DNA of 55,533 nucleotides from positions 1-55,533 of IMG/VR virus record IMGVR_UViG_3300021425_000046. One strand, 5' to 3'. Position numbers and translations under genes: made by a program. The notes below the pieces were generated by a model. That model made no database searches and was not told where the DNA came from. It worked only from the letters and a program-made list of their open reading frames with translations. Source of the stretch: a virus. Its lineage: Duplodnaviria > Caudoviricetes. Every line of letters starts with the position of its first letter. Positions within the stretch are counted from its first letter, which is position 1. This document shows, piece after piece, positions 18,101-28,311 of this stretch.

Positions 18101-21100
18101 ACTCTAAATCCAGACGGTATTACTATCAATAATTTAGCACAAGATGCCGCTAATTTGATTGAAGTAAATAAACAATTTATCCAAAAAGAAGCATATGGAT
18201 ATATTACTGCTAAGTATCCAGCACTGCTAACCAATACTAATATCACTATTTCTAAGTGCGAAAGAGACATTGGCTATTTTGTTGATGCTGTTGTTTCTGA
18301 CCTAAGATTAGGTGGAAACATTAATACTATCCAAGCAGCAGAAGGCTACTATGTTGGTGGTCAGCTTGCATATATTCCAAATGAACTTAACGAATCGCTA
18401 GAAGCATACGATTACGTTAAGAATCTGTGTATTGCTGCGATGAGAAACTTCGATTATCTCATCAGACAGTGTAATACAGTAAATGGATCTGCTATTGTTG
18501 ATATTGGTGATACAACTGGTATTATCATTGGTATGAAAGCTACTCAGTATGAGTATAATATCATAAACTTTACTAATGGTAGATTAAATGAAGGAGCAAC
18601 ACCAATTACCTCCGCTATTCCTTCAGGCGCTTATGTAAAGAGAATCATAGATGGTTCTAGAATTGAACTTGGAACTTCTGGTAGTTACTTAGGATCTGGT
18701 AATACTTTACCAGCAATCTTAACTTCTGGATCAGTATACATTTATTTTGAATTGCCACAAACGAATAGTATTACAGATAATGAAAATAACTTATCTGGTG
18801 TTTGGTCTTCTGTCCCAGCCAAAAAAGATCCTACTGTTATTCAAGATGCTACATCTTGGGAATTAATTGGTCCTGATGGGTATCCTGAGTGTAGTGGTAT
18901 TGCTAACACTATCATTGGATATTTTACCAATATTGCTCTCATTCTAGGTCAAGGATTGACACCAGTTGGTGGTAGGTGGGTTGATGCTTCAAATTTAATT
19001 CTCGCAAACAAAGAATTGATTGCTAATGAAGCAGTAGAAAGAATGCTTACCGCAAATCCAGGATTTGCTGTTCCTGGTGGTAATCAAAATTGTATTGATG
19101 ATGTACTTCAAATCATTGATGCATTAGCATTTAACGTCAAATATGGCAGCAATAATAGGATTTATGATGCTGCAAAGATTTATGTTCAACAGCCAGAATT
19201 GTTAAATGGGGAAAGAGATGAATCGGTTGCGGTTTATCTTCAAGTAAGAGATATGGCAATTCAAGCCATGAGAAATGAACCTATTTTTATCCAGGGTTCT
19301 CATGGTTTAACACAAACAATTGATAATACTGTACTTTTAGAGTATGATTCAAATGGCAATTTAGTTGTTCCTGCATGTGCTGATGTAGCAAGTGCTATCA
19401 CTACATTAATGGCTATTATTACTGGTGCTATTGGCACGGAAGTAGAGCCTGGTGACCTTGTTGGTATCGTAAGAACTGCACCAATATTTACCAACATCAC
19501 TAGGGTAGAGCCAGTTTTAGATACAGCAAATCTTGCAGCAAGAGCAACAATTTTTACTGTTAATACTGGCGGCGGTTTATCAAATCCACATAATTTTGAA
19601 ACGGGAACACCAGTTCGTCTTATACCAAAAGCAAGAGAAGGTACAAATCCAGATAAGAGAGTTATTAGATTACCAAGAGGATTTGAAACAAATACTGTTT
19701 ACTACGTAATTGCTCCTGGCAGAAAGACTACACCAGAAGATTATTCTGATTCTTTAAAGTATCAAGATATTTTCACGGCAGACTCATCAACCCGTTTAAT
19801 GCTTGCATCTACTAAAGAAAATGCTGCTGCTGGCATCTATATCTATTCTTCCGAAACATCTGCAATTGATCCTGAAGTAGAAATTGAACTCCAGCAATAT
19901 GTATTAGATAACTCCTATGATCTACACCAATACTTATGTAATTTTGCAGCAGGACAAACTGATGTAATTCAGACAGATGTTCCACATATTTTTGATGTAC
20001 CAAGTTCTACAAATACAGTGCATAAAGTATTTTTTAGAACTTTCGGAGATCCATCAGAATCTGAGCTACCACAAATTTCTGTAAATGGCGTAAGTGAGGA
20101 GGTAAATCCATCTAAGTATTATTATGCTAGATATGTAACTAATAAAACATTTGCTATTTTTGATACTGCGGCACAAGCTATTGCTGGCACTCCAAGAATT
20201 ACATTTACTCCAGGATTTGGTAAGAATTTTTACGTCTTCGCAGATAAGAGAGAAAGCCCAGTAAAATATGATGCTACACTTCAGAACGATGATACTTCAA
20301 CTGGTCAATGGTATATTAATGTATTAGATGAAACTTCAAATCCAAATAATATTATCGCAAGATTCCAAGAACTTGGAGACACGTTAAAAGATTCTAGAAG
20401 TAAGAATACTTATTTCACTCGTCTGCTTGACAACAGAGAAAAAGAAGATAGAATTTATCGTTTACGTTATGTAATTCCACAATATGCTGATGGTGTTCGT
20501 GATCCATTAAATGGTTTCGTTCTCAAAGCAAGAACTGATACCACAAGAAAACTTCTCGCACAAAAAATTATTTTAAAACCAGTTGCTGCTGGTACTCCAG
20601 ATGTTGCATACTTTGAAATTCAAATACCATCAGAAACTGGAGGAACAATTATTCAGCAACTAGGATTAACCAAAAATGAATTAGATCCAACATTTAATTA
20701 TGATCCTTATGATCCAGCTCAAGTAAAAATTGTTGATAGCGACAGAACCTTCAGTAAAGTTTCTTTCAGTATTCAATCAGCAAGAAAAGTAGAAGTAAGT
20801 GGTACTAATTTACTTGAACTAACAGTATTCGATCATACGATTACAAATGATGCTCTTAAAAATGAGACATTTGTAACTGTTAAGATTGAAGCTCCGCAGG
20901 AAGGAACATTTAGATCGACCGATGGATTTAATGAAATTACTTGGAATGGAAATTCTTCTGGATCTGCTATTGTTCAATCTTATTTTAACATTCCAGAAAC
21001 AAATGAACATTACCTAATCTTACGTGCAGTTACTGGTTCAATTAATTATAATGCTCTCATTGACACAACTTTCTACCAGCCACTGCTTGATGTAAATAAT

Positions 21101-24100
21101 GATCCTGTACTTGATAATCAAAATCAACCAGTACAAATTTACGCTAAACTAATTAAAAAACCAAATAGTGCTGGCAGCCCAAATGAATCATTAAGCAAGT
21201 CTGAAAAGAAAGATTACTTATACAGCAATAAGGATGCTAACGTACTGACGGTAACTCCAGGTGATATTATTCAAGATGATGATGCTGTACAGTATAGAGT
21301 CATCTCTGTTGAAGATGCTGGAGAAATTGAAGATACCTTCTACATCTTCGACATTAATGAAATTCAAAGAAGAATTCCTAATCAGCAAGAAGGTATTTAC
21401 TATCTAACTTGTGTTAAGGGTAATGTTTCTCCATATCCAACTGGAGCTGGGGTAGACACAAACTTTAGAAACTTTAGATTCTCGCAGCCAATTTCACAGC
21501 TATATCCATTAAATTATAAGAATGATCCACTATGGTTCCAAGTAAGACCAGATGGTTCTAGAGATACTCTCATCACAGACGTACCACATACTATTTGTGC
21601 TGCAGATAACTATGTACATGGTCTGGTAAGAACCAATGATTATAAAAATAGTGAAACAAAAGAAGTTGTCCTAGATTTAATTAGTAATCCAGCACTTAAT
21701 CGCTATGATTACACTGGATTAATTACTGCTCAAACTGGTAATGCAACTTCTGGTTCTGAAGATCGTAAGATTTCAATTTCTGGTAATTCAGAATATCCAA
21801 CTGAAAATAGATTATATGTTGAACTTCGCAGACCTTCTATTGCTAGATCTGGTAACCACACATTTGAATATCTTGGTTTCGGTCCTGGTAACTACTCAAC
21901 TGGCTTCCCACTTCGTCAAGAAGTTGTTCTTTCTGATGTTCAAGATTTCTATGCACAAGCAAAGCGTGAAGATGGCGGCATTGTATTCTACACTGGTCTA
22001 AACTCCAACGGCGACCTCTATATCGGTAACCGTAAGATCAACGCTATTACTGGCGAAGAAACCTTCTTAGAAAAAGCAGAACTTGTTTCTTCCGATGATG
22101 ATGGCGGAGATCTTGGAAATCTTGTTACTACTTTTGAACTTCCTGTTGTATTTGAAAGAGACATTACTGTTGATGGTAATGCAAACTTCAATAATCCTGT
22201 AATAGTCAACGTTGAACCAAATGAGCCAAATGCGGTAACTATTGTATCTAATATTGATGCAAATTCTGGTGAAGATGTATCTTTAGATAGTGCTAGATAT
22301 GTATTAAGTAGCATTGAATCTGAAGGCAATATTACACTACATAAGAACAAAATTTATGCTGGTGTATATGCATTCAATCCGAGAGGAAGTATAACAATTC
22401 AGGGTCAAAATTATAGCATTAGAACTCATGCTGACCAAACAAATGGTTACTTACCTTCAAATATCACCCCCCATCAAACAAATTCAAGTCTTGGCAAGCA
22501 AGTACAATATGGTCAAGAATCTCCAACAGCTGGTGATATTCTGTTTAAGGGTGTTGAGGTAGGCAAGACGGGATCTCTTGGATGGATTTTTGCTAACTTC
22601 TATACTAACAAGACAAGTGATGTATTCTCGGTAACGGCTGATGGTAATCTATCAGTGACATTTACAATGCAAGTTGGTGTTAATCCTTCTGATGTTGGAA
22701 TTGAACAAGGTACTGAAGTTAAATTTACTGAATTTACTGGGAGATTTGAACCATTAAATGGCGTTAGAAAAGTTATTTCTACGACTGCAAATACATTTAC
22801 GATTAGCACTCAAGTCGTTATTTCCCAAAGTCCCGACGACCCAACTCGTTTGAATCAAGAACAAGTAAATGCTAAGATTGAAGTTTCTTCTGTACGATGG
22901 AAAGAAGTGGGTGTTCTTGGTGCAGAAGCATTGAGAACGGAGACAGAAAATTACGGTGACTTTAGATTAGGAATTAATACTTTTGCAAGAGCGGATCATG
23001 CAGATCGTGAAGAAGGATTTGTTTCTGAAGCAACTAAGCCAAGAGCAAACCTAGATGTAGTTGGTACTGCATTTATTAGCGGAACTACATTAACAACTGG
23101 TCTTATAAATGAATTTATTTCCAACCCAGTTGCTGGCGATAGAGAGTTTAACCTAGCTGAGAATGCATTTATTGTAGGTGGAGATAGTGCAAACCCAGAT
23201 AATATAGCAACATTTAGAATTTCCACCAAGAATGGCGGTAGAATTGGTATTAATGTAACAAATGCTAATTTAACAAAAGAACTATTTGTTAATGGTCAAT
23301 CTGAATTTACTGGTGATGTGAGCTTAAGAACAGACCTTTCTGTTGCTGGGGGCAATATTACAAGCACTTCCCAGACATTTAATTTAATTACTGATTCTAC
23401 CTTAAGAATTGTAAGTGCTTTCGACAAAGCTACTACAATTGACATCGCAAAAACTGCTTCTGGAAATCAAATATTCAACTTTGGAACTGGATCTTTAATC
23501 AGTAATCAAACATTTAATGTTGGAACTTCATCTGCAACAACTAAATTAAATATTCACACAAATTCTACTAATAATAAAACAAGAATCGGCATTTCTAGAG
23601 ATGATTTAGATAGTGTTGTCAATGTCATTGAATTTGGGGGAGGATTCTTAAAAAACAGTAACTCTCCAATTGATGGTAGCTTGTTTAAAGTTAACAACAG
23701 ATACACAGAAATCGCTGGAGATCTTAGAATTGGTGCTAACGATGGCTATAGCGACGCTAAACTGCAAGCATCTACAAATGAAGTTTCTTTATTTACAACT
23801 CAGGTATCTAGATTAAATTTTGGTACTAGTGCTGCTAGATTACAAATAGGTGCAAAGAGTGGCGAAACATCAATTAATAACACATTAGTTGTTAAAGCTG
23901 ATACTTACCTGGATGGTGATGTAATTCAGCGTGGTGGTTTAAACAAAGGTTTATTTGCTATCAGAAGAGGTTCTTTCTCTACTGACACATATGCACACAC
24001 AAACGGAAGTATTGATAATTTAAATCTAGATTTCTATGAAAAGGTAGAAATTACTACAAGATTAGATACAGCTGGTGCGTTAACTTGGGGAAGTACAAGT

Positions 24101-25672
24101 GCTCAAGTAGATCCCAATAATGATGAAGATTATTACTTATATCTAAGTGATAGAAGTTCTGCTATTGAGTTTGAAATTGGTTCTTATGTACTAATTGATC
24201 GTTCTGTTTTAGTTCCAGGACAAGATACTTCTAGATCGCCAGTTGGTGAACAATATAGTGAATTGCTTGAAGTTGTTGAAATAACTAACTTAAGCACAAT
24301 TGGCGATGATGCAGGAGAAGAACTCAAAGTAAAAGTTAAGCGTGCAAGAAACGTATTAAATGTAAATGATACAATGATAACTGGAAATTCTCCAGTTGCC
24401 GTTGGTCAAATTGATTATCAACAATCTGGATATAAGTATCTTAGAACTGATCACCCAGATAATGCTATTCTTGTAAGATATGACTTATCAGAAGCAGCTA
24501 GCTTTATCAATAATACTGGTGGTGGTCTTTCCATTGAAACTGCAGGAATAGAAAGTAACCTAGCAACAGGTGTTTTCAGTGGAGATGTTAGTGAAGGTGA
24601 TATCTTTAGATTAATTACAACAACAGGTAATTCTGAATTAACACAAGTTGTACGCATTGAAGAAACAACAAATCAAAGTTTTATAATTAATGATGGTGGT
24701 AATCCTGCAATTAATGTCTTTAGTGTTGATTCAACTAATGGAAACACGTTTATCTTTGGCAATACAGATGCTTATAAAAATGTAACTATTCATGGTTCGT
24801 CAACAGAAAATCAAGAACTGTTAAAAATTGTCGATGGAGATGAAATTGAAAGATTTGTAGTTGATACATATGATGGTGAAACGTATATTAGTGGTGATTT
24901 AAGAATTGGCTATGGAAATTATGATAATACAATTTTTGATAGGGTATTAGTTAATTCTAAAACTGGAGACATCAATGTAAGAGGTGGCGATTTAGTAGTT
25001 ACTGGTGATACTACAACAGAACAGGATCCAAATGAGAAATTATTCTTACAAAATAACACAGGAAACTTAACAATTTCTGGAGTACATAACTCAACTGCTA
25101 TTGAAGGAACTAATTTATTTGAAGCTAATTTGCAAATTAATGGTGGTCAACTTACTGTTAACAAAAAAGTTTCTGGTGAGGACTTAAAATTATTTGAAGT
25201 TGAATATATATCTGGAACTGTTAATGTTCCTAAATTTGGAGGAGCAGTTAATTTTGCTGGTCAAGAAGGATTCTTTACACATACTGGTGCTAGAAAATGG
25301 AAATATATTGATGCTTCATTAGATACAGAAGCTTTAGAAGTTAATGTGAATTATTTTATTGCTCCTACCGCTACGTTAGTATTAAAACTACCAGAAAATC
25401 CAGTTACTGGAGATATGATTAGAATTATTGATGTCGGTGGAAATTTAACATATAATACTTCACTTATTGTTCTTGCTTATGGTACTACTTCAATTCAAGG
25501 AGATAATACACAATCTGGTCAAGCAATAGTTGATGGTTATAATGGAGGAGAATTGGTAGTTCAAACTCCTAATGCTGCATTTGGTTTGGTTTACTTAGGA
25601 CAATTTAATTATGATGGCACTGGAACTGGTGCTGGAGATAGTTTTCAAGGTTGGTGGTTAGTAGAAATCTAA
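15128..25672 (+). CDS. Giant (3514 aa) virion structural/tail-fibre-like protein with four phycobiliprotein-like inserts
   Basis: Cyanophage-type N-terminus LYVSPDD...GNS..RPFKTIQRA, interrupted beta-helix (SPYVFNCSIRS; IQCVSVFAVG), fibre-like repeats and C-terminal LKLP..P..GDMIRIID domain; late promoter. Confidence 0.85.
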   Translation: MALTRLDNLYSSKTGKYLYVSPDDFNATDELDNRGNSPLRPFKTIQRAFLEVARFSYLPGKDNDRFDQFSIMLMPGDHYIDNRPGLIDLDDADRQRYFDARNLINANRDEVVDRAFAQIMIDYREDLWGTDWVVPGDVTSDEFSRYKDAYRLIQKNRQDIIDGAYAEIAIQHPTFVNPNTEKCQRDIGYFIDAVSLDISLGGANKYTRKFLQNYFIGNTWKPNTLEGEEVESNTAFNKAAALMKQAIANQLTYKDLSITADSATESNVSPASCGNVQNAIGTLAILVTSYITQGNIDDLDTTAPETVPEAGAGMSKCKRDIGYIVDAVASDIGNGGNASIIAATKAYFNSNGTPISNGLVGEETQSVIAFNAARDMMQKAVTNQLYAKDLTLSEGPAVYANGGAAIPNLPSGNANTCVDVQTTIATLIAVITSAIEDGNLDGLADLEISGDIPVFYFDQAKQEWNDQSVLDLSNPDNVLYKFNASTGGAIVPRGCSLVGYDLRRTIIRPLYVPDPADGTQGRTSIFNLTGGCYIWQFTIKDGDLTENSPLYDANDRVGKVYFQKGNNTQLAIPEYSHHKITIMEYAEDFELEKYYQKVGKSFSLFQPTIDDGDFEALPQENRIVGPLSDTRSIVNLRLVSQSVVGGRDKTLIEATTKIPHGYFIGQYIAIIDSGLNDLLNGTFKVVAIDDEDPKKFRYEVETTPTILGLEINAEGYDAGSTPALSVNCRAQAEIDSVESASPYVFNCSIRSTWGICGMWADGAKSTGFRSMVVAQYTGVSLQKDDRAFIRYDEFSNTWNQASLTDAFATIPYHTKGDAYWKDDWRNFHIRASNDAFIQCVSVFAVGFFDHFLMESGGDMSITNSNSNFGNTSLHATGFKGFAFNQDKGGYITDIIPVEEVDDSEFNQEDQKYYSIAIQSTKDPSNKTKLYYGTDEAYNPFQKPATSINGYRIGAKTGEKLFVKIKSSVGTTIPFESTVSPNGFKRYTVSLDTLNPDGITINNLAQDAANLIEVNKQFIQKEAYGYITAKYPALLTNTNITISKCERDIGYFVDAVVSDLRLGGNINTIQAAEGYYVGGQLAYIPNELNESLEAYDYVKNLCIAAMRNFDYLIRQCNTVNGSAIVDIGDTTGIIIGMKATQYEYNIINFTNGRLNEGATPITSAIPSGAYVKRIIDGSRIELGTSGSYLGSGNTLPAILTSGSVYIYFELPQTNSITDNENNLSGVWSSVPAKKDPTVIQDATSWELIGPDGYPECSGIANTIIGYFTNIALILGQGLTPVGGRWVDASNLILANKELIANEAVERMLTANPGFAVPGGNQNCIDDVLQIIDALAFNVKYGSNNRIYDAAKIYVQQPELLNGERDESVAVYLQVRDMAIQAMRNEPIFIQGSHGLTQTIDNTVLLEYDSNGNLVVPACADVASAITTLMAIITGAIGTEVEPGDLVGIVRTAPIFTNITRVEPVLDTANLAARATIFTVNTGGGLSNPHNFETGTPVRLIPKAREGTNPDKRVIRLPRGFETNTVYYVIAPGRKTTPEDYSDSLKYQDIFTADSSTRLMLASTKENAAAGIYIYSSETSAIDPEVEIELQQYVLDNSYDLHQYLCNFAAGQTDVIQTDVPHIFDVPSSTNTVHKVFFRTFGDPSESELPQISVNGVSEEVNPSKYYYARYVTNKTFAIFDTAAQAIAGTPRITFTPGFGKNFYVFADKRESPVKYDATLQNDDTSTGQWYINVLDETSNPNNIIARFQELGDTLKDSRSKNTYFTRLLDNREKEDRIYRLRYVIPQYADGVRDPLNGFVLKARTDTTRKLLAQKIILKPVAAGTPDVAYFEIQIPSETGGTIIQQLGLTKNELDPTFNYDPYDPAQVKIVDSDRTFSKVSFSIQSARKVEVSGTNLLELTVFDHTITNDALKNETFVTVKIEAPQEGTFRSTDGFNEITWNGNSSGSAIVQSYFNIPETNEHYLILRAVTGSINYNALIDTTFYQPLLDVNNDPVLDNQNQPVQIYAKLIKKPNSAGSPNESLSKSEKKDYLYSNKDANVLTVTPGDIIQDDDAVQYRVISVEDAGEIEDTFYIFDINEIQRRIPNQQEGIYYLTCVKGNVSPYPTGAGVDTNFRNFRFSQPISQLYPLNYKNDPLWFQVRPDGSRDTLITDVPHTICAADNYVHGLVRTNDYKNSETKEVVLDLISNPALNRYDYTGLITAQTGNATSGSEDRKISISGNSEYPTENRLYVELRRPSIARSGNHTFEYLGFGPGNYSTGFPLRQEVVLSDVQDFYAQAKREDGGIVFYTGLNSNGDLYIGNRKINAITGEETFLEKAELVSSDDDGGDLGNLVTTFELPVVFERDITVDGNANFNNPVIVNVEPNEPNAVTIVSNIDANSGEDVSLDSARYVLSSIESEGNITLHKNKIYAGVYAFNPRGSITIQGQNYSIRTHADQTNGYLPSNITPHQTNSSLGKQVQYGQESPTAGDILFKGVEVGKTGSLGWIFANFYTNKTSDVFSVTADGNLSVTFTMQVGVNPSDVGIEQGTEVKFTEFTGRFEPLNGVRKVISTTANTFTISTQVVISQSPDDPTRLNQEQVNAKIEVSSVRWKEVGVLGAEALRTETENYGDFRLGINTFARADHADREEGFVSEATKPRANLDVVGTAFISGTTLTTGLINEFISNPVAGDREFNLAENAFIVGGDSANPDNIATFRISTKNGGRIGINVTNANLTKELFVNGQSEFTGDVSLRTDLSVAGGNITSTSQTFNLITDSTLRIVSAFDKATTIDIAKTASGNQIFNFGTGSLISNQTFNVGTSSATTKLNIHTNSTNNKTRIGISRDDLDSVVNVIEFGGGFLKNSNSPIDGSLFKVNNRYTEIAGDLRIGANDGYSDAKLQASTNEVSLFTTQVSRLNFGTSAARLQIGAKSGETSINNTLVVKADTYLDGDVIQRGGLNKGLFAIRRGSFSTDTYAHTNGSIDNLNLDFYEKVEITTRLDTAGALTWGSTSAQVDPNNDEDYYLYLSDRSSAIEFEIGSYVLIDRSVLVPGQDTSRSPVGEQYSELLEVVEITNLSTIGDDAGEELKVKVKRARNVLNVNDTMITGNSPVAVGQIDYQQSGYKYLRTDHPDNAILVRYDLSEAASFINNTGGGLSIETAGIESNLATGVFSGDVSEGDIFRLITTTGNSELTQVVRIEETTNQSFIINDGGNPAINVFSVDSTNGNTFIFGNTDAYKNVTIHGSSTENQELLKIVDGDEIERFVVDTYDGETYISGDLRIGYGNYDNTIFDRVLVNSKTGDINVRGGDLVVTGDTTTEQDPNEKLFLQNNTGNLTISGVHNSTAIEGTNLFEANLQINGGQLTVNKKVSGEDLKLFEVEYISGTVNVPKFGGAVNFAGQEGFFTHTGARKWKYIDASLDTEALEVNVNYFIAPTATLVLKLPENPVTGDMIRIIDVGGNLTYNTSLIVLAYGTTSIQGDNTQSGQAIVDGYNGGELVVQTPNAAFGLVYLGQFNYDGTGTGAGDSFQGWWLVEI

Positions 25673-25673
25673 A

Positions 25674-27413
25674 ATGGCAAAATATTCCGAACTTAGAACT
25701 ATGAAAGCCCTACCCATTGGCTCAGTGCAGCCATGGGCAGGACCATTGACAAGAATTCCCAAAGGATGGTTACTATGCAATGGCGCAGAATTAAATTCAG
25801 AAGATTATCCTTTATTAGCTAGAATTTTAAAAGATTCTTATGGTGGTACTAATTTTGGGGGATCATTTCCGAATTATACAGGAACATTTAGATTACCTCC
25901 AACTAATCAGCGAGGATTAGCCGATATTGATGTTCAATATTTTAGTGATGATACTACAACTGAAGTGAATGGAGAAACCGTAAAAAGGCCAGCTCCTATC
26001 GATAATTTAGAAGCATTAACTGTTTTAACTGTAGAGAACGATTTTATTGCTGTAGATGGTGATGGTAGTTTATCTGCACCTACAGTAGTTTTTGCTACCA
26101 CAGATTTATTATTCAGCTATACTCCAGATCCTGATGGATTTATTGCTGGGGTACTACTAGATTTTATTAATTCTGGTCCTCCTCCATACACAGCAGAAAC
26201 TGTCGTATTTTCAAATGTGGAGGCAGTTGGAGGATCTGCTGGCGTAAATGATACAAAAGCAACATTTAAAGTAGTTATTGGAGCGGGAGATGTAGACGGT
26301 GTAACTCCAGGACCAGTTGAAATTAGAAGAGAAAATGGTGGCGAAGGGTATGCTGCTGGAGATTCATTGACTATTCGAGGTGAAGCTTTTTCTTCAATCG
26401 GTGGTGTTACTGGAGTAAATGATTTAATAATTACTGTCACTTCAGTTGGAGATGGATTTTTTAGCGGTTCTATTTCTGGACAATCTATTATTAATGGTTT
26501 TGATATTAGACCAGTTTACGTTATTGGGAGAAAATTATCAAGACAGCATTTTCCACAACACTATCATGGTGGGCAATATAGAACAATTAATAAAGGCGAT
26601 GCTACAACCACACCAGGAAGAGGTGCTGGGGTATATCAAAATGCTGAAATAGATGTAGTCGAATATTGGACTTGGGAAAGAGGATTTAATGGTATTCTTG
26701 GTCAAGATGATACAAGAACAACTCCAGAATTAAATAGTATTGGAAATGTTTGGGCTGGCGCTTGGAATGTACTGCAAGGAGATGGAAGCCCAGGTGAGGT
26801 AAGAACAGTTAACTTAACTTCACCATTCCAACCTGGGGCTGGAAGATATGCACTTGCAGTTGTGGATGGCACTGATGATATTCCAAAAAGGAATAGATTA
26901 ATCTCAACTGCAGCAAATAGTCACGGTGTTGGTAAAGATTGGTTTCAAAAACCGTGGATTGGAGCAAATTTAAGAGATGCACAAGGTAGTTCTACTCCAG
27001 ATAATCTAAAATTACAGCATTTACTTGATACGGGAGAATTTCAAATCGATGTTAGAATTCCTTTTTCTGATGATATTCAATTAGTAAAAACTCCAAACTA
27101 TGATAATGGAGGAAATAATCCTGGAGATAGTGAAGGTATTTTTGGATTTACTGAAGCTCTATATAATACAGCTGGCAATAATTATAATGTAGAAACTGTA
27201 GTAGATCCTACAATAAATAATGTAATTTTACCACACGATCATAATGGATCTTTTAATATAATATATGATGATAGTGGTTTAAGTATAAACCCATCTATTA
27301 GTGTTAAAGTCAGACCAGACATAGTACCAGATAATATCGAAAATGCATTTCAAATAACATACAATGTTCCATCACCTTCGTTAGCAATCATACATTTAAT
27401 CAGAGCATACTAA
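25674..27413 (+). CDS. Tail-collar domain fibre/baseplate protein
   Basis: LPIGSVQPWAG...PKGWLLCNG...DYPLL collar motif; HxH motifs; C-terminal LIRAY. Confidence 0.8.
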   Translation: MAKYSELRTMKALPIGSVQPWAGPLTRIPKGWLLCNGAELNSEDYPLLARILKDSYGGTNFGGSFPNYTGTFRLPPTNQRGLADIDVQYFSDDTTTEVNGETVKRPAPIDNLEALTVLTVENDFIAVDGDGSLSAPTVVFATTDLLFSYTPDPDGFIAGVLLDFINSGPPPYTAETVVFSNVEAVGGSAGVNDTKATFKVVIGAGDVDGVTPGPVEIRRENGGEGYAAGDSLTIRGEAFSSIGGVTGVNDLIITVTSVGDGFFSGSISGQSIINGFDIRPVYVIGRKLSRQHFPQHYHGGQYRTINKGDATTTPGRGAGVYQNAEIDVVEYWTWERGFNGILGQDDTRTTPELNSIGNVWAGAWNVLQGDGSPGEVRTVNLTSPFQPGAGRYALAVVDGTDDIPKRNRLISTAANSHGVGKDWFQKPWIGANLRDAQGSSTPDNLKLQHLLDTGEFQIDVRIPFSDDIQLVKTPNYDNGGNNPGDSEGIFGFTEALYNTAGNNYNVETVVDPTINNVILPHDHNGSFNIIYDDSGLSINPSISVKVRPDIVPDNIENAFQITYNVPSPSLAIIHLIRAY

Positions 27414-27415
27414 AA

Positions 27416-28309
27416 ATGGCATATTACACTAAAGAAAAAGCAAAATTTGGTGGAGTTACTGGAACTATTTTACCATTCACTGTGGAATTGCCATTTGTAA
27501 ATAATCCAAATGAAGATATTTGGAAAAATTTATTACCAGCAGGATTTTTGAGATGTAATGGTGATATTTTAAACGCCAGTGTTTATCCTTCGTTGGCTGC
27601 TGTATTAGGAACAGGTTCTAATTGTGCATTTGCAAAAGTTCCTGAGGATTTGGCGGCAGATGAATTTCAACTTCCTGATATTGGATCAAAATATATAAGA
27701 TCTTCACTAGCATCTGGACAATATTTAAATTTGTTTTTAGAAAGTGATAATACTATAAGAAAAGTTGGTTCTGAAATAGAAGTACAATCTTTAATTGGTA
27801 GTGAAGAAACAATTTCTTATTCTGGAAATTTTACTGTAATTGGTCAATCTGGAATAAGATTTAATGGGTTTCCAATTTACAGATCAAACACAGGATTTAC
27901 TGATACCGATGCTTTAACGGAGGATAATTTCCAAGGTCATGGACATAAAGCAGATGTTGGTGTATTTTCATATTTGGGAAATTGGTCTGAAAGTAGATTT
28001 AATGACAATAGAGGAGATTCTGCTGGTAATGGAGACAATACTGGTCAAACAGAAGGATCTAATAACGGAGTAATTTTAGATTTTCCAGATGGTTCTTCTG
28101 GAACAGTATTTCATAATCACCCAATTAATTTACCTGGATCTATTACACTTAAAGATCCATCTAACAATACTTTAGCTTATTCATTCGGTTCTCAAAATAT
28201 TTCTCCCGATGGTCTAACAAGTACAGTTACAGTAACAACAGAAAATCTTAAGAAATTAGATGATGCAATTTCTCCATATATTTTAGTAGAGTACATTATA
28301 AAGATATAA
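27416..28309 (+). CDS. Tail-collar domain protein
   Basis: GTILPF...PAGFLRCNG...YPSLAAVLG...FQLPD; C-terminal PYILVEYIIKI. Confidence 0.8.
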   Translation: MAYYTKEKAKFGGVTGTILPFTVELPFVNNPNEDIWKNLLPAGFLRCNGDILNASVYPSLAAVLGTGSNCAFAKVPEDLAADEFQLPDIGSKYIRSSLASGQYLNLFLESDNTIRKVGSEIEVQSLIGSEETISYSGNFTVIGQSGIRFNGFPIYRSNTGFTDTDALTEDNFQGHGHKADVGVFSYLGNWSESRFNDNRGDSAGNGDNTGQTEGSNNGVILDFPDGSSGTVFHNHPINLPGSITLKDPSNNTLAYSFGSQNISPDGLTSTVTVTTENLKKLDDAISPYILVEYIIKI

Positions 28310-28311
28310 AA

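Noticed and set aside
15128-25672. Calling the globin-like repeats genuine cpcA/cpcB/apc auxiliary genes
   Set aside because: They are in-frame domains of one late structural protein, lack the N-terminal X/Y helices of phycobiliproteins, and are too divergent to assign a gene symbol.
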